Source: Acidobacteriota bacterium (GTDB lineage: Bacteria > Acidobacteriota > CAIWXX01). Taken from it: a stretch of 64,000 nt of DNA. Positions 10,037-20,580 of this stretch are shown piece by piece. Made by a program: the position numbers and the translations under genes. The notes beneath the pieces are model-generated. The model was not told the origin of the DNA and searched no databases. It saw nothing but the letters and a program-made list of their open reading frames with translations. The number at the start of each line of letters is the position of its first letter. The stretch's first letter is position 1. Location of the stretch: NCBI GenBank assembly GCA_040755995.1, contig JBFMAF010000010.1:128001-192000 (forward strand), read 5' to 3'.

Positions 10037-11521
10037 CTAGCGGCCGAAGAATACGATGCGCACGCCGCCCCAGATCATGTAGTTGTTGCTCAGGTCGTCG
10101 AACTCGTCGAACGGCAGGCGTCCTTCTCCCACGAATGAGAAGCGCCCATCCTCGTCGAAGTTGACACCGAACTGGAGGAGCAGCGCCGCGGTGCGCAGGT
10201 CTTCCTCTGTCAGGTTCCAGAAGCTCACCCCGCCGCCGAAAAACGCCCTCGATAAGCGCCGTTGGATCGCGACGTCGGCGAAGATGCTGGAGTAGTCGTT
10301 GCCGTCAAGGTCGATCTTGCCGCCGAGGGAGAGCTCCAGGTCCGTCTTCTCCGCGATCTCCGGGAGGATACCGAACTTGGCGCCGAGGATCGGGAGGCAG
10401 TGGCCTCCGGGGTACACAGCGTCCACCAGCCTCTCCTTGCCGACGAACCCGGCTCCGAAGAGTCCGATTGGGGGCTTTGTAACCACCATGGAAGCCTCAC
10501 ACTGGTTACTCGACTTCTGCCCTGCGGCGTCTTCTGCGACCGCACGGATCGTGTAGACACCGGCCTTCTTGATCACCACGTCTTCGCGGCGGAACGCAGG
10601 CGGCGTCAGGTCGAACTTGTCGACTACGGCGTCGCCCAGGACGATCTCCACAGTGACCACCTTGAGTCCGCCTTGAATGGCGGGATCGGCGTGCGAAGCC
10701 GAACAGTCGACGATGAACGGCTTGCCGCGGCGGATCTCCTGCGGGATCACGGTCAGCCCGCAGACGGGCGGGCAGGCCTTGATCGTCAGCATTCCGCTGG
10801 CCGCGGCATCGGTGCCCTGGAGCGTTGCCGTAACCTGATGCTGTCCGGGCTCCATGTAGGCGGGAATCTGGGTCTTGAAGACTCCACCTGTCACCGGACC
10901 CGCACCCACCTGCTGGCCGTCCACCGCGACGACAACCTGAGCGCCCTCTGAGGCGTTCGTCGCCGTCACGTTGACGTCGACCGGAACGGTCACGCAGGCA
11001 TCGGTCACCATCTGGATCTCAACCTTCGGCAACAGCGCCTCGATCGGGATCACGGTGCCCAGCGGCTCCAACCACGCATTGCCGCAAGCCTTCGGCGCAT
11101 AGAGACGGTACTTCCGACCGTGGGCCTGGAAGTCGAGCACGAAGACCTCCAACGGCTTCTTGCCCGCCCATACGACATCCCGCAGAAGCGCCGGCTTTCC
11201 GTGCTTCCGATAGGCCATGTACGGGATATGGGCACCCGCATCAACCGTGGATTCGGAGATCTGGCCCGTCTGAGCTCCCTGTTCCAGATCTTCGGCGGTC
11301 CCGACCCACCCCGCCGCGGTGAACACCTCCTGAAGATCGGCCTTCATGTCGCGAATCATCTTGGCGAAATCATCCGCGTTCTTCAAGAGTGGGCAGTGGA
11401 AAGCTGTCCGGGGGTTGCCCAGCCGGGTGACCCGGTGTTCGGCGGCCGAGGCCGAGAGGACGCAGACGATGGCAAACCCAGACAAGAGAACGAACGCGGG
11501 GACTCTCCCCCAGGTCTTCAT
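10037..11521 (-). CDS. Secreted hypothetical protein with Ig/PKD-like segments and a beta-barrel-like C-terminus
   Basis: AGGAGA RBS before ATG 11521, signal peptide ending ASAAE, amphipathic strands ending YMIWGGVRIVFFGR. Confidence 0.6.
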   Translation of the reverse strand: MKTWGRVPAFVLLSGFAIVCVLSASAAEHRVTRLGNPRTAFHCPLLKNADDFAKMIRDMKADLQEVFTAAGWVGTAEDLEQGAQTGQISESTVDAGAHIPYMAYRKHGKPALLRDVVWAGKKPLEVFVLDFQAHGRKYRLYAPKACGNAWLEPLGTVIPIEALLPKVEIQMVTDACVTVPVDVNVTATNASEGAQVVVAVDGQQVGAGPVTGGVFKTQIPAYMEPGQHQVTATLQGTDAAASGMLTIKACPPVCGLTVIPQEIRRGKPFIVDCSASHADPAIQGGLKVVTVEIVLGDAVVDKFDLTPPAFRREDVVIKKAGVYTIRAVAEDAAGQKSSNQCEASMVVTKPPIGLFGAGFVGKERLVDAVYPGGHCLPILGAKFGILPEIAEKTDLELSLGGKIDLDGNDYSSIFADVAIQRRLSRAFFGGGVSFWNLTEEDLRTAALLLQFGVNFDEDGRFSFVGEGRLPFDEFDDLSNNYMIWGGVRIVFFGR

Positions 11522-11922
11522 AGTGAATCTCCTTACTGGAGCCGCATCATCTCCCATGTCCGGAGACCAGCGCGCTGACATGAGCAAGGGCAGAAGCCCC
11601 AGTGGCATGGCGCAATCTCCGAATCATGGTGACGAGCGACCCCACAGCCGGCATCGGGAACGTCCCGTGCCAAATCATTTTAATGGAATATCGTGCCTTC
11701 CCCATGTGATGCGGTGAGAAGGCGCGAGGGACTGTCCAGTGTGTCCATATCCCGGGACCATGGAGCCAATCTAAGCCGCAACCGGCGCCGTGTCAAGCTG
11801 CGGCTGCGGTGTGAGCGAGCCAGGGAGTGCTTGAGCCGGCGTTATCGCCTTCGCTTTCGTGGAAGGCGGCTCGTCGTGAGCGTCGAGTCTGGGCGCCGGA
11901 CGTGCCCGATTTCTGCCACTCT

Positions 11923-13830
11923 CTACTCTCTACGCGGCGCGGTCACCCACCCGTCATGCCACAGCTCGAAGGCCATCAGTGTCCACAGCAACTTTCGATG
12001 ATCCGAACGTCCGGCCATGTGGTCACTGATGAGGGTCTGGACGTAGGACGGGGAGAAGTATCCTTCCCGCTTCAGCCGGTCTTCTGCGAGCAGATCTTCG
12101 AGCATGGGACGAAGGGGCCCCGTGAGCCATTTCGCAGTGGGCATATTGAAGCCCTTCTTGCCGCGCTGCACGATCTCCTTCGGCAAGAGTCCATCCACCG
12201 CGCGGCGCAAGAGGTACTTGGTCGTGAGCCTGTGAAGTTTCAGTTCGTGCGGAACCCTGGCCGCATACCGGACCAGGCCCTGATTCAGCAACGGCACCCT
12301 GACCTCCAGCGAATTGGCCATGCTGGCCCGGTCGACCTTGGGCAACATGCCGCCTTCAAGGTACAGCTTCATGTCGCAATAAAGGAGCTGGTTGATCGGC
12401 TCGCGCGCGTTGCACTGGCTCAGATGGTGGAATGCGACGTCGTACGTGTCCTTCTCGCTCAAATGCGCCCATGGCTGGAGCAGCTGATGCTTCTGATCGG
12501 GCCTGAAAGAGCCCAGCCAGTAGTGATGGCGCACCGCGGGCGGCACGCCGCGGCCGGACAGGAAACGGCGGATCTTGAAATCCATGCTGATGTTGTCGAA
12601 GGAGGTCGGGAGCCGTTCCGCCACCCACGGCGCGACGCTTTGACGGACCGCTGCGGGCAGCCAGCGCTCGTAGTACTCGACCAGCCGGTGCGCCTGGAGA
12701 GTCGAGTAGCCGGCGAAAAGCTCGTCTCCGCCGTCGCCGCCCAATACGACCTTTACGTGACGGCGTGCAAGCTCCATCAGGCAGAACGTCGGCACGAGCG
12801 ATGAATCGCCGAGCGGCTCGTCGATGATGCCGGCGATTCTCGGCAGCACGTCTATGGCCCGCTCAGGCGTGAGCTGGAGCTCGATGTGCTCGGAGCCGAT
12901 CCGCTGCGCCACCAGGCGAGCGTGCCGGCTCTCGTCGAAGGTAGGGTCCTCGAAGGAGATTGAAAACGTCTTGAGCCGCGCCGGAGAAGCTTCCGCCACC
13001 AGTGCTGCAATCGCACTCGAGTCCACCCCGCCGCTCAGCAGCACCCCGATCGGGACATCGCTGACCATCTCCATGCGCACAGTTTCCCTCAGGCTCTGCA
13101 GCAGCTCCTTCTGATACTCGGAGCGAGGCCTGCGCTGCACCCTCTCGCTCCCCGCCAGATTGATGTCCCAGTACTTCCAGACCGCATGGCGATGGTCAGC
13201 AAAGGACATGGCGTGGCCGGGCGGAAGCCTGAGGATTCGCTGAAAGATGGTGCGAGGCGTCGGCACGTACTCGAAGCTAAGATACTCGTTGAGCGCCACG
13301 AGGTCGAGGGAGCGTGGAACAGACGGAACCGCAAGAATCGCCTTGAGCTCCGAGCCGAAGATAAGCGCCCCGTCGTGCAGAGTGTAGTAGAGCGGCTTGA
13401 TCCCCATGCGGTCGCGCGCAAGCAGGAGCCGCCGCGAGCGCGAGTCCCAGAGCGCGAAGGCAAACATGCCGTTCAGGTGCTCGAGGCACTCGTCGCCGAA
13501 TTCCTCGTAGGCGTGCACAATCGTCTCGGTATCACTCCGCGTGTAGAAGCGATGGCCGCGCCGGTCGAGCACCAGGCGCAGATCGAGGTAGTTGTAGATC
13601 TCCCCGTTGAGGACCACCCAGACCGTCCCATCCTCGTTGTGGATCGGCTGGTGGCCCCCTTCCAGGTCGATGATCGACAGCCGGCGGTTGCCGAGTCCCA
13701 CGGCGCCCTCGATGTAGGTGCCCGCGTCATCGGGCCCGCGATGCGCCAGGCTCCGGCACATCGGCTCCAGCAGCTCCGGCGTCACGCGGCGAGCCGCGTC
13801 TCCGTAGACGATTCCGCAGATGCCGCACAT
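11923..13830 (-). CDS. asnB: Asparagine synthase (glutamine-hydrolysing) family amidotransferase
   Basis: MCGICG N-terminus, HRGPDD, RRLSIIDL, NGEIYN, LLSGGVDSS, GDGGDELFAGY, KVDRASMANSLEVRVP. Confidence 0.95.
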   Translation of the reverse strand: MCGICGIVYGDAARRVTPELLEPMCRSLAHRGPDDAGTYIEGAVGLGNRRLSIIDLEGGHQPIHNEDGTVWVVLNGEIYNYLDLRLVLDRRGHRFYTRSDTETIVHAYEEFGDECLEHLNGMFAFALWDSRSRRLLLARDRMGIKPLYYTLHDGALIFGSELKAILAVPSVPRSLDLVALNEYLSFEYVPTPRTIFQRILRLPPGHAMSFADHRHAVWKYWDINLAGSERVQRRPRSEYQKELLQSLRETVRMEMVSDVPIGVLLSGGVDSSAIAALVAEASPARLKTFSISFEDPTFDESRHARLVAQRIGSEHIELQLTPERAIDVLPRIAGIIDEPLGDSSLVPTFCLMELARRHVKVVLGGDGGDELFAGYSTLQAHRLVEYYERWLPAAVRQSVAPWVAERLPTSFDNISMDFKIRRFLSGRGVPPAVRHHYWLGSFRPDQKHQLLQPWAHLSEKDTYDVAFHHLSQCNAREPINQLLYCDMKLYLEGGMLPKVDRASMANSLEVRVPLLNQGLVRYAARVPHELKLHRLTTKYLLRRAVDGLLPKEIVQRGKKGFNMPTAKWLTGPLRPMLEDLLAEDRLKREGYFSPSYVQTLISDHMAGRSDHRKLLWTLMAFELWHDGWVTAPRRE

Positions 13831-13839
13831 GCGATCACG

Positions 13840-14805
13840 TCAACGTGGAGCGCCGGATTGGAACGCGAGCCTGAGGAGTTCCTCAGCCATCCCGATGATA
13901 GTCGAATGGACCCGAACCCTCTCCTTCAGCGGCATCTTCATCGCGCTGGTCTCGACGACGATGACCGATTTGCCCGACGGCCCTTGCTGGACGGCTCCGT
14001 CAACAAAGACCCTCTCCGAGGCTATGAGCTCGTCGATAGAGCCGTCGTTCACGCCGGAGACTACGCCCCCGACGATCGCCTCGCCGAACCTCGTCTTCCC
14101 CGAGAGCATGATCGGATAGGTGAGCTCCGTCATCTTCCTGATGATGCTCCTTGCCGCCTCGTCCTCAGCCCCCCTCGGGCCCTGTGAATAAAGGTAGCCC
14201 TTCTCGAGGAGCGAGTCTTCATGAAGGTCCAGGCAGAGCACCGGCGGGTAGTCCCGGGCCAGTTCGAGCACCTTGCGCGTCAGCGCGCCGGCCTGGGCCG
14301 AGGACGGCCCTGTCGTTCTAGGCTTCCCGTCCTTGTCGAGCAACAAGTGGTCGCTGTCTCCGACGCTGTGCCCGGGGTTGCTTTCGCTGTATTCCTCGAC
14401 ATCCGGATAGCGCCAGTTCCTCACGTATCCGATCGGGTTGCACAGTGGGAAAACCACAAGGGGGAGATTCCTGGCCGCCAGGTCGTTCAGCCGGCCAGTG
14501 TTCTCGTAGACGGCGTTCGCCGGGGCCGGTTCCTCGCCGTGAATGCCCGCGAGTATCCAGATGGCGGGGCCTTTCTGCTTCGTACTGAGGACCTGAATCG
14601 GAAGAGTGCGGTCAACATACACGGTCTCGACGTTCCAAAACCCTCCCTTTGCAAGATCCGCCGTAGCTCTGTAGATCTCTCCTATCGGCACTCTCCCATC
14701 CGCCTGATAGGTTGTCAACTCCATGCCCCCGTCTGATTGACTGTTCCCGATAGCGCAGACCGGAACGACCGCGACGAGTAGCGACGCCAAACGCACCCGT
14801 ATCAT
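13840..14805 (-). CDS. M14-family zinc carboxypeptidase / succinylglutamate desuccinylase-like protein, probably exported
   Basis: AGIHGEE (HxxE), PLCNPIG, LDLHED, C-terminal VVET. Start uncertain. Confidence 0.7.
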   Translation of the reverse strand: MIRVRLASLLVAVVPVCAIGNSQSDGGMELTTYQADGRVPIGEIYRATADLAKGGFWNVETVYVDRTLPIQVLSTKQKGPAIWILAGIHGEEPAPANAVYENTGRLNDLAARNLPLVVFPLCNPIGYVRNWRYPDVEEYSESNPGHSVGDSDHLLLDKDGKPRTTGPSSAQAGALTRKVLELARDYPPVLCLDLHEDSLLEKGYLYSQGPRGAEDEAARSIIRKMTELTYPIMLSGKTRFGEAIVGGVVSGVNDGSIDELIASERVFVDGAVQQGPSGKSVIVVETSAMKMPLKERVRVHSTIIGMAEELLRLAFQSGAPR

Positions 14806-14938
14806 CAGCGCATCGTACTCCAATCCCGCCGCCGGCTCAATCGCAGTGGCCGACATCCCTATCCGGCGCTGTTGCGCCTGATGTGGAATTCCGGGTATCC
14901 TGGCGTCACGCGGCGGGAATGCCGCGTGGAGGTGCCTG

Positions 14939-17455
14939 ATGAGCAACGCGGAGGGGAGACGGACGATCGGGACGCGAGCACATGGATATCGAGATGATCC
15001 GAAAGCACACGGCGCGGCGGCGATAGCGCACTCGGTGCGGCATCATCTGGTCTACGTGCAGGGAAGCCTTCCTGAGATCGCCACACGGAACGATTGGTAC
15101 ATGGCCCTATCGTACACAGTGCGGGATCGGCTCATCCATCGCTGGATCAGGACCCTGGAGATGCTGCACAAGCGGGACGTCAAGGTCGTGAGCTACATGT
15201 CTGCTGAGTTCCTGATGGGACCCCACCTGGCGAACTGCCTCATCAACCTCGGCATCTACGATGAGGTGAAGGAGGCGATCGAGGAAATGGGATTGAGCCT
15301 GGACGAGCTCATCCGGCAGGAAGAGGAGCCGGGATTGGGCAACGGCGGTCTCGGAAGACTCGCTGCATGCTTCCTGGACTCGCTTGCGACTCTCGAGGTC
15401 CCCGCGATCGGCTACGGAATCCGGTACGAGTTCGGCATCTTCGACCAGGTCATCCGCGACGGCTGGCAGGTCGAGGTGACAGACAAGTGGCTGCGATTCG
15501 GCAACCCTTGGGAGATCCAACGGCCCGAGGTCAGCTACAACGTGAACTTCGGCGGGCACACCGAACCCTACACCGACCAGGAGGGACGGTACCGCGTGCG
15601 GTGGATTCCTGACCACGTTGTGAAAGGCATTGCCTACGATACCCCCGTGCCGGGCTACCGCGTCGCCACGGCGAATCTGCTGCGGTTGTGGAGAGCCGAG
15701 GCCGTAGAGTCATTCGACTTCCAGGCGTTCAACGTCGGTGACTATTACAAGGCCGTGGAGGACAAGGTGGACTCCGAGAACATCACCAAGGTTCTCTATC
15801 CCAACGACGAGCCCCTGCAGGGAAGACGGCTCCGCCTCAAACAGCAGTACTTCTTCGTCTCCTGCTCGCTCCAGGATATGCTCCGCATCCACCTCAGAGC
15901 AGGAAATTCCCTGCGCACATTCAACACCTGGTGGGCCGTCCAGCTCAACGACACCCATCCGTCGATCGCAATCGCAGAGCTGATGCGATTGCTCGTGGAC
16001 GAGCATCTGATGGCCTGGGAGGAGGCCTGGGATATAACTCAGAAGACTTTCGCCTACACCAACCATACGCTGCTCCCGGAGGCGCTGGAGAAATGGCCAC
16101 TGCCGCTTTTCCAGGACCTTCTTCCGCGGCACATCGAGATCATCTACGAGATCAACCGGCGATTCCTCGACGAGGTGCGCTTGCGTTACCAGGGAGACGA
16201 TGCACGCCTGTCTCGCCTCTCGCTCATCGATGAGTCGCACCAGAAATACGTGCGGATGGCCCACCTGGCGTGCGTGGGCAGCCACGCGGTGAACGGCGTC
16301 GCCAGGCTTCACTCACAGCTTCTGCAGCGGGACGTCATGCGCGACTTCTACGAGCTGCGTCCTGAGTCCTTCCATAACGTGACGAACGGAGTGACGCCGA
16401 GGCGCTGGTTGCTGCTCAGCAATCCGGCGCTTGCGCGGCTCATCACACGCAAGATCGGAGACCGGTGGATCGACCATCTCGAGACGGAGCTCGTGGCGCT
16501 GGAGGAGCTCGCCGAGGAGCCCGAGTTTCAGGACGAGTGGCGACGAATCAAGCGAGACAACAAGCTCCGCCTCGCAACCCTGATCAAGGAACGCACGGGC
16601 ATCGTGATCGACCCTGACTCGATGTACGACATTCAGGTGAAGCGGATTCACGAATACAAGAGGCAGCATTTGAATGTGCTGCACGTGATCACGCTGTATA
16701 ACCGGCTCAAGAAAAATCCGGCGGCCGATGCGGCTCCACGCACCGTCATCTTCGGCGGCAAGGCCGCCCCCGGCTACGTCGTGGCAAAGCGAATCATCAA
16801 GTTGATCCACTCCGTGGCGGAGGTGGTGAACAACGATCCGGAGATCGCCGGACGGCTCCGTGTCGTCTTCTTCCCGGACTTCAACGTGAAGAACGCCGAG
16901 CACATCTATCCCGCCGCCGACCTGTCGGAGCAGATCTCGACGGCCGGCTACGAGGCGTCGGGGACGGGTAACATGAAATTCTCGATGAACGGAGCCCTGA
17001 CGATCGGAACTCTGGACGGAGCCAACGTCGAGATTCGCGAAGCCGTGGGAGACGAGAACTTCTTCCTGTTCGGCCTCACGGCCGACGGTGTCGCAGGCCT
17101 CAAGGCCTCAGGCTACAGCCCCGCCGCCTACTATGAGAACAATGAATTGCTCAGGGAGGTGATCGAACAGATCCGCTCGGGCGTCTTCTCCAGCGGGGAC
17201 CGCGATCTCTTCGGGCCCCTGGTCGATTCGTTGCTGTACCGCGATCAATACGTGCTGTTCGCCGACTACCAGTCGTACGTGGATTGCCAGGAGACGGTCA
17301 GCCGGGCGTACGGCGATCAACAGCTCTGGACGCGAATAGCGATTCTGAACGTGGCACGGATCGGCCGCTTCTCGTCGGATCGGTCCATCCGAGACTACTG
17401 TCAGCAGATCTGGGATGTGAACCCGGTCCGGGTGAGAATGGACGATTCTCTATAG
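14939..17455 (+). CDS. glgP: Glycogen/starch phosphorylase
   Basis: GLGNGGLGRLAACFLDS, QLNDTHP, KRIHEYKRQ, EASGTGNMKF. Confidence 0.97.
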   Translation: MSNAEGRRTIGTRAHGYRDDPKAHGAAAIAHSVRHHLVYVQGSLPEIATRNDWYMALSYTVRDRLIHRWIRTLEMLHKRDVKVVSYMSAEFLMGPHLANCLINLGIYDEVKEAIEEMGLSLDELIRQEEEPGLGNGGLGRLAACFLDSLATLEVPAIGYGIRYEFGIFDQVIRDGWQVEVTDKWLRFGNPWEIQRPEVSYNVNFGGHTEPYTDQEGRYRVRWIPDHVVKGIAYDTPVPGYRVATANLLRLWRAEAVESFDFQAFNVGDYYKAVEDKVDSENITKVLYPNDEPLQGRRLRLKQQYFFVSCSLQDMLRIHLRAGNSLRTFNTWWAVQLNDTHPSIAIAELMRLLVDEHLMAWEEAWDITQKTFAYTNHTLLPEALEKWPLPLFQDLLPRHIEIIYEINRRFLDEVRLRYQGDDARLSRLSLIDESHQKYVRMAHLACVGSHAVNGVARLHSQLLQRDVMRDFYELRPESFHNVTNGVTPRRWLLLSNPALARLITRKIGDRWIDHLETELVALEELAEEPEFQDEWRRIKRDNKLRLATLIKERTGIVIDPDSMYDIQVKRIHEYKRQHLNVLHVITLYNRLKKNPAADAAPRTVIFGGKAAPGYVVAKRIIKLIHSVAEVVNNDPEIAGRLRVVFFPDFNVKNAEHIYPAADLSEQISTAGYEASGTGNMKFSMNGALTIGTLDGANVEIREAVGDENFFLFGLTADGVAGLKASGYSPAAYYENNELLREVIEQIRSGVFSSGDRDLFGPLVDSLLYRDQYVLFADYQSYVDCQETVSRAYGDQQLWTRIAILNVARIGRFSSDRSIRDYCQQIWDVNPVRVRMDDSL

Positions 17456-17604
17456 GCGATGCCCCTACCGGGGTCGAGGGCTATGCCTCGTGCGACCGAC
17501 GCGGGGACGCGGTGAGGGGGGGACGCGGTGCAGAGTAGCATCCGGCCGTGAACTGCCGTATCTTGTTGCCCCCCTGAAGCCGGAACGAGCTGGATCGTAC
17601 TCGA

Positions 17605-19079
17605 CTACCGACGTGTCGATCCGATGCTGCTCGGGCGTGCTGAAGGGAGCACGATGCTGGCGGCGAAGCCCGCTGGTTCCAGGTTCGCAGCCGTTACGGT
17701 GCCCCGGCAGGTTGTAATGCAGGTCTTGACGATCGCGAGGCCAAGCCCGGTCCCGCCTGTGCAACGCCTTCTGGCGGGCTCGGGCCTGTAGAACGGCTCG
17801 AAAAGCTTCTCGAGTGAATCGGCCGGCACACCGGGACCGTGATCCCGTATGGTAATGATCACGTTGGATCCCTCGCGCTTGGCGGAGATCTCGACCGGCC
17901 CAGAGCGGCCTGCGTAGCGAATCGAATTGCGGACGAGGTTGGCCAAGGCACGGTCTAGCAGCTCGCGATCCGCGACGACCCGAACGCCGGGCTCCAGGTT
18001 CATCCGGATGTCAACGCCAGACTCGCCTTCGCGCCCGACGACCGCCGTCGCCACCTCCTCCAAACTCAGGGGCTCAAGGTGCACGCGGTCCGCACTTGCG
18101 ACTTCGGCACGCGAGAACGCGAGCAGCTCCTGAACGAGCTCTGACATGTGTTCGACATCGTCGATCACGTCCTGAACCTTGGACTGATGCGCGCCGTCAA
18201 GGGTGTTCTGCAGAATTCCGAGACCGATCTGGATGCGGGCGATGGGAGACCCCAGTTCGTGCGCCACATCACTCAGGAGACGTTTCTGGCTCCGGATGAG
18301 ACGATCCAGCCGAGTCGACATGTCGGTGATGGCCCGCCCCAGGCGGCCGATTTCGTCAGAGCGGTTCACATCCAGCCTGATGTCAAACTTGCCGCGTGCG
18401 ATCTCTTCGGTAGCCACGGTCATCTGCGTCAGCGGATGGGTCACGCTGCGAACCAGAGGAATCCAGAGAGCAGGGCGAACACAATGGCGATGACCACCCA
18501 GGGCATGGGATCCATGAAAAGCCCGTTGCCCGTCACTGAGTCGGACCGGGCAATGAGGACCACGGGAATGGCCGGGCGGCCGGGTTGCATCACCACGGAG
18601 CACGGCACGCCGGCCCAGTATAGGGTCGGATGCTTGGTACGAACTGTGAATACATCCTCCGGTCTGGGAGGAGGCGAGGCCGCCGGCGGAGGGAGATCAC
18701 GGTCGAGAGGATTTCTCCCCTGCCCGGGCGGCAGACGAGGCGCGGTCCTCCCCGCATCCAATTCGATTCTCACCTCTGGCGGCAGTTCCACGTTGGGCCC
18801 CGCGAGTCTCGTTCCGTCCCGGCTGACCATGAGGAAGTCCACCTTGTAGTACCCAGAGTAGCGCTTCATGACTGCGTCCCAGGTGCTGCTCGGCGCATGG
18901 GATAGTTCGCGGGTCAGCGATTCGCCGACGTTCAAGAGACGATTGCCGGCTTCCTTGAGCAGGGGTGAACGGGGTCCCAGCCGGAACTGCAGGTTGAAGG
19001 CGACGATGAGCAGCCCCAGAATGATGCTCAAGCTAACGAAGAACCATACCAGTATCCTGGCGAACACAGGCAGCCTCAT
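17605..19079 (-). pseudogene. HAMP sensor histidine kinase (CpxA/BaeS-like) split by a frameshift near 18465
   Basis: Sensor and TM part in ORF 18441..19079. HAMP, H-box (SDVAHELGSP) and HATPase (NLVRNS, DHGPG, GGTGLGLAI) in another frame. Confidence 0.85.
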
Positions 19080-19810
19080 GGCCTCTTCTGGCTGGGGTCG
19101 AGAAACACGTAGCCGGCAGACCGGATCGTCTTGATGAAGCGCGGGGTGCGCGAGTCATCGCCGAGCTTCCGCCGGATCGACGATACGTGGACATCGATGG
19201 CGCGGTCGAAGACCTCGTAGTCGCGGCCAGCGACGCGGTCCAGGAGCTCGTTGCGGGTGAAGACGCGGCCGGGCCGGCGCGCGAGCATGGTCAGCAGGTC
19301 GAATTCGATCGGAGTGAGATCGATCTCCCGGTTCTCGACGAAGACGGAATGCGCCGCAGGGTCGATGCGGATCTCGCCAGCGAGGAAGGGCAGTTCTTCC
19401 ATGTGCAGGCCCTTCCTGGCGGACGGTTGAGAACGGCGCGTTACGGCACGCAGGCGGGCCAGGAGTTCCCGCGTCGAGAAGGTCTTCGGCAGGTAGTCGT
19501 CGGCACCGATCTCGAGGCCGACGATGCGATCAGTCTCGTCGCCGCGCGCGGTCAGCATGAGCACCGGCACGTCCGACTCCCTCCTGATGGCCCGAAGCAC
19601 GTCGAAGCCGTCCATCCCGGGCAACATGACGTCGAGGATGACTACGTGGTAGTCGCCCGAAAGAGCTTTCAGCAGCCCTTCGGCCCCCTCATAACAGAAG
19701 CTCACGTTGTAGCCGAGCGGGTCGAGGTAGTCCTTCACGAGGCGACAGAGCTTCTCGTCGTCATCGATGAGCAGAACCTGGATCTTCGTCCCCTTGCTCC
19801 CGGATGTCAT
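19076..19810 (-). CDS. OmpR/CpxR-family response regulator
   Basis: LLIDDD, ILDVMLPGMDG, GADDYLPKTF, DRAIDVHVSSIRRKL. Confidence 0.93.
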   Translation of the reverse strand: MTSGSKGTKIQVLLIDDDEKLCRLVKDYLDPLGYNVSFCYEGAEGLLKALSGDYHVVILDVMLPGMDGFDVLRAIRRESDVPVLMLTARGDETDRIVGLEIGADDYLPKTFSTRELLARLRAVTRRSQPSARKGLHMEELPFLAGEIRIDPAAHSVFVENREIDLTPIEFDLLTMLARRPGRVFTRNELLDRVAGRDYEVFDRAIDVHVSSIRRKLGDDSRTPRFIKTIRSAGYVFLDPSQKRP

Positions 19811-19951
19811 CCCTTCACCGCCTCGCGCGCCGCCCGCACGGGCCGGGCCTGGCGGCACAACTCGACTCGATCCGCGGCGCGCCCGTGCCGCTCTCCCCCG
19901 GAGCTCATCATACCAGAAGTCCCCGGGGCTGGCCGGCGTGCGGCGCCGTCG

Positions 19952-20542
19952 CTAGTCCCGGCCTGAACCCGGATCACTTCGGGCAGGGTCCTGCTGGGAC
20001 GGCAGGCCCATGAACTCATCGGGCGTCAGTGCGCCGTCACCGTTGCTGTCCAACTTTCGCAGGCTCGCGGGAGCGGCCGCGATCTCGGTGCCGCCGATGT
20101 TCCCGTCGCCGTCTGAATCCAGTGCACAGTCGATGGGCGGCTTGCGCGGGCGATATGGGTTGTCATCGCTCTCGCCATCGCGTCTGTGCTGCGGCAGCCA
20201 GTTGTCATCGTTCTCACCCCGGGGCGCTGGCGGTCGATTCAAGGCTTCGTCGCTCTCGCCTCGGCGCATGAGCGGCCGAGGCGGAGCATACTCATCCCGT
20301 GTCAACTCCCCGTCTTTGTTACGATCCAGTTTCAGGAGAGCCGTGGAAGCCTCTGCGATTTCGGCAGCTTCGATTAGGGCGTCGCGATTCACGTCGAGCA
20401 CGGAGACGATCGGCGGAGGAGGTGGGCGGTGATCGTCACCTCCCACAGGCCTCTGTTGATCGCGCTGCGCACCTGACGCGACGATCGGCGCCAGGGTCAC
20501 GGCCAGACAGAGTATGACAGACGGTTTCGTCATGGTTTCCAC
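19952..20542 (-). CDS. Secreted EF-hand protein
   Basis: Signal peptide and four EF-hand-like loops: DVNRDALIEAAE, DRNKDGELTRDE, DSDGDGNIGGTE, DSNGDGALTPDE. Confidence 0.8.
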   Translation of the reverse strand: METMTKPSVILCLAVTLAPIVASGAQRDQQRPVGGDDHRPPPPPIVSVLDVNRDALIEAAEIAEASTALLKLDRNKDGELTRDEYAPPRPLMRRGESDEALNRPPAPRGENDDNWLPQHRRDGESDDNPYRPRKPPIDCALDSDGDGNIGGTEIAAAPASLRKLDSNGDGALTPDEFMGLPSQQDPARSDPGSGRD

Positions 20543-20580
20543 CTTTCTTCAACGTGGTCCTTCAGCCGTGAATGCCGATC

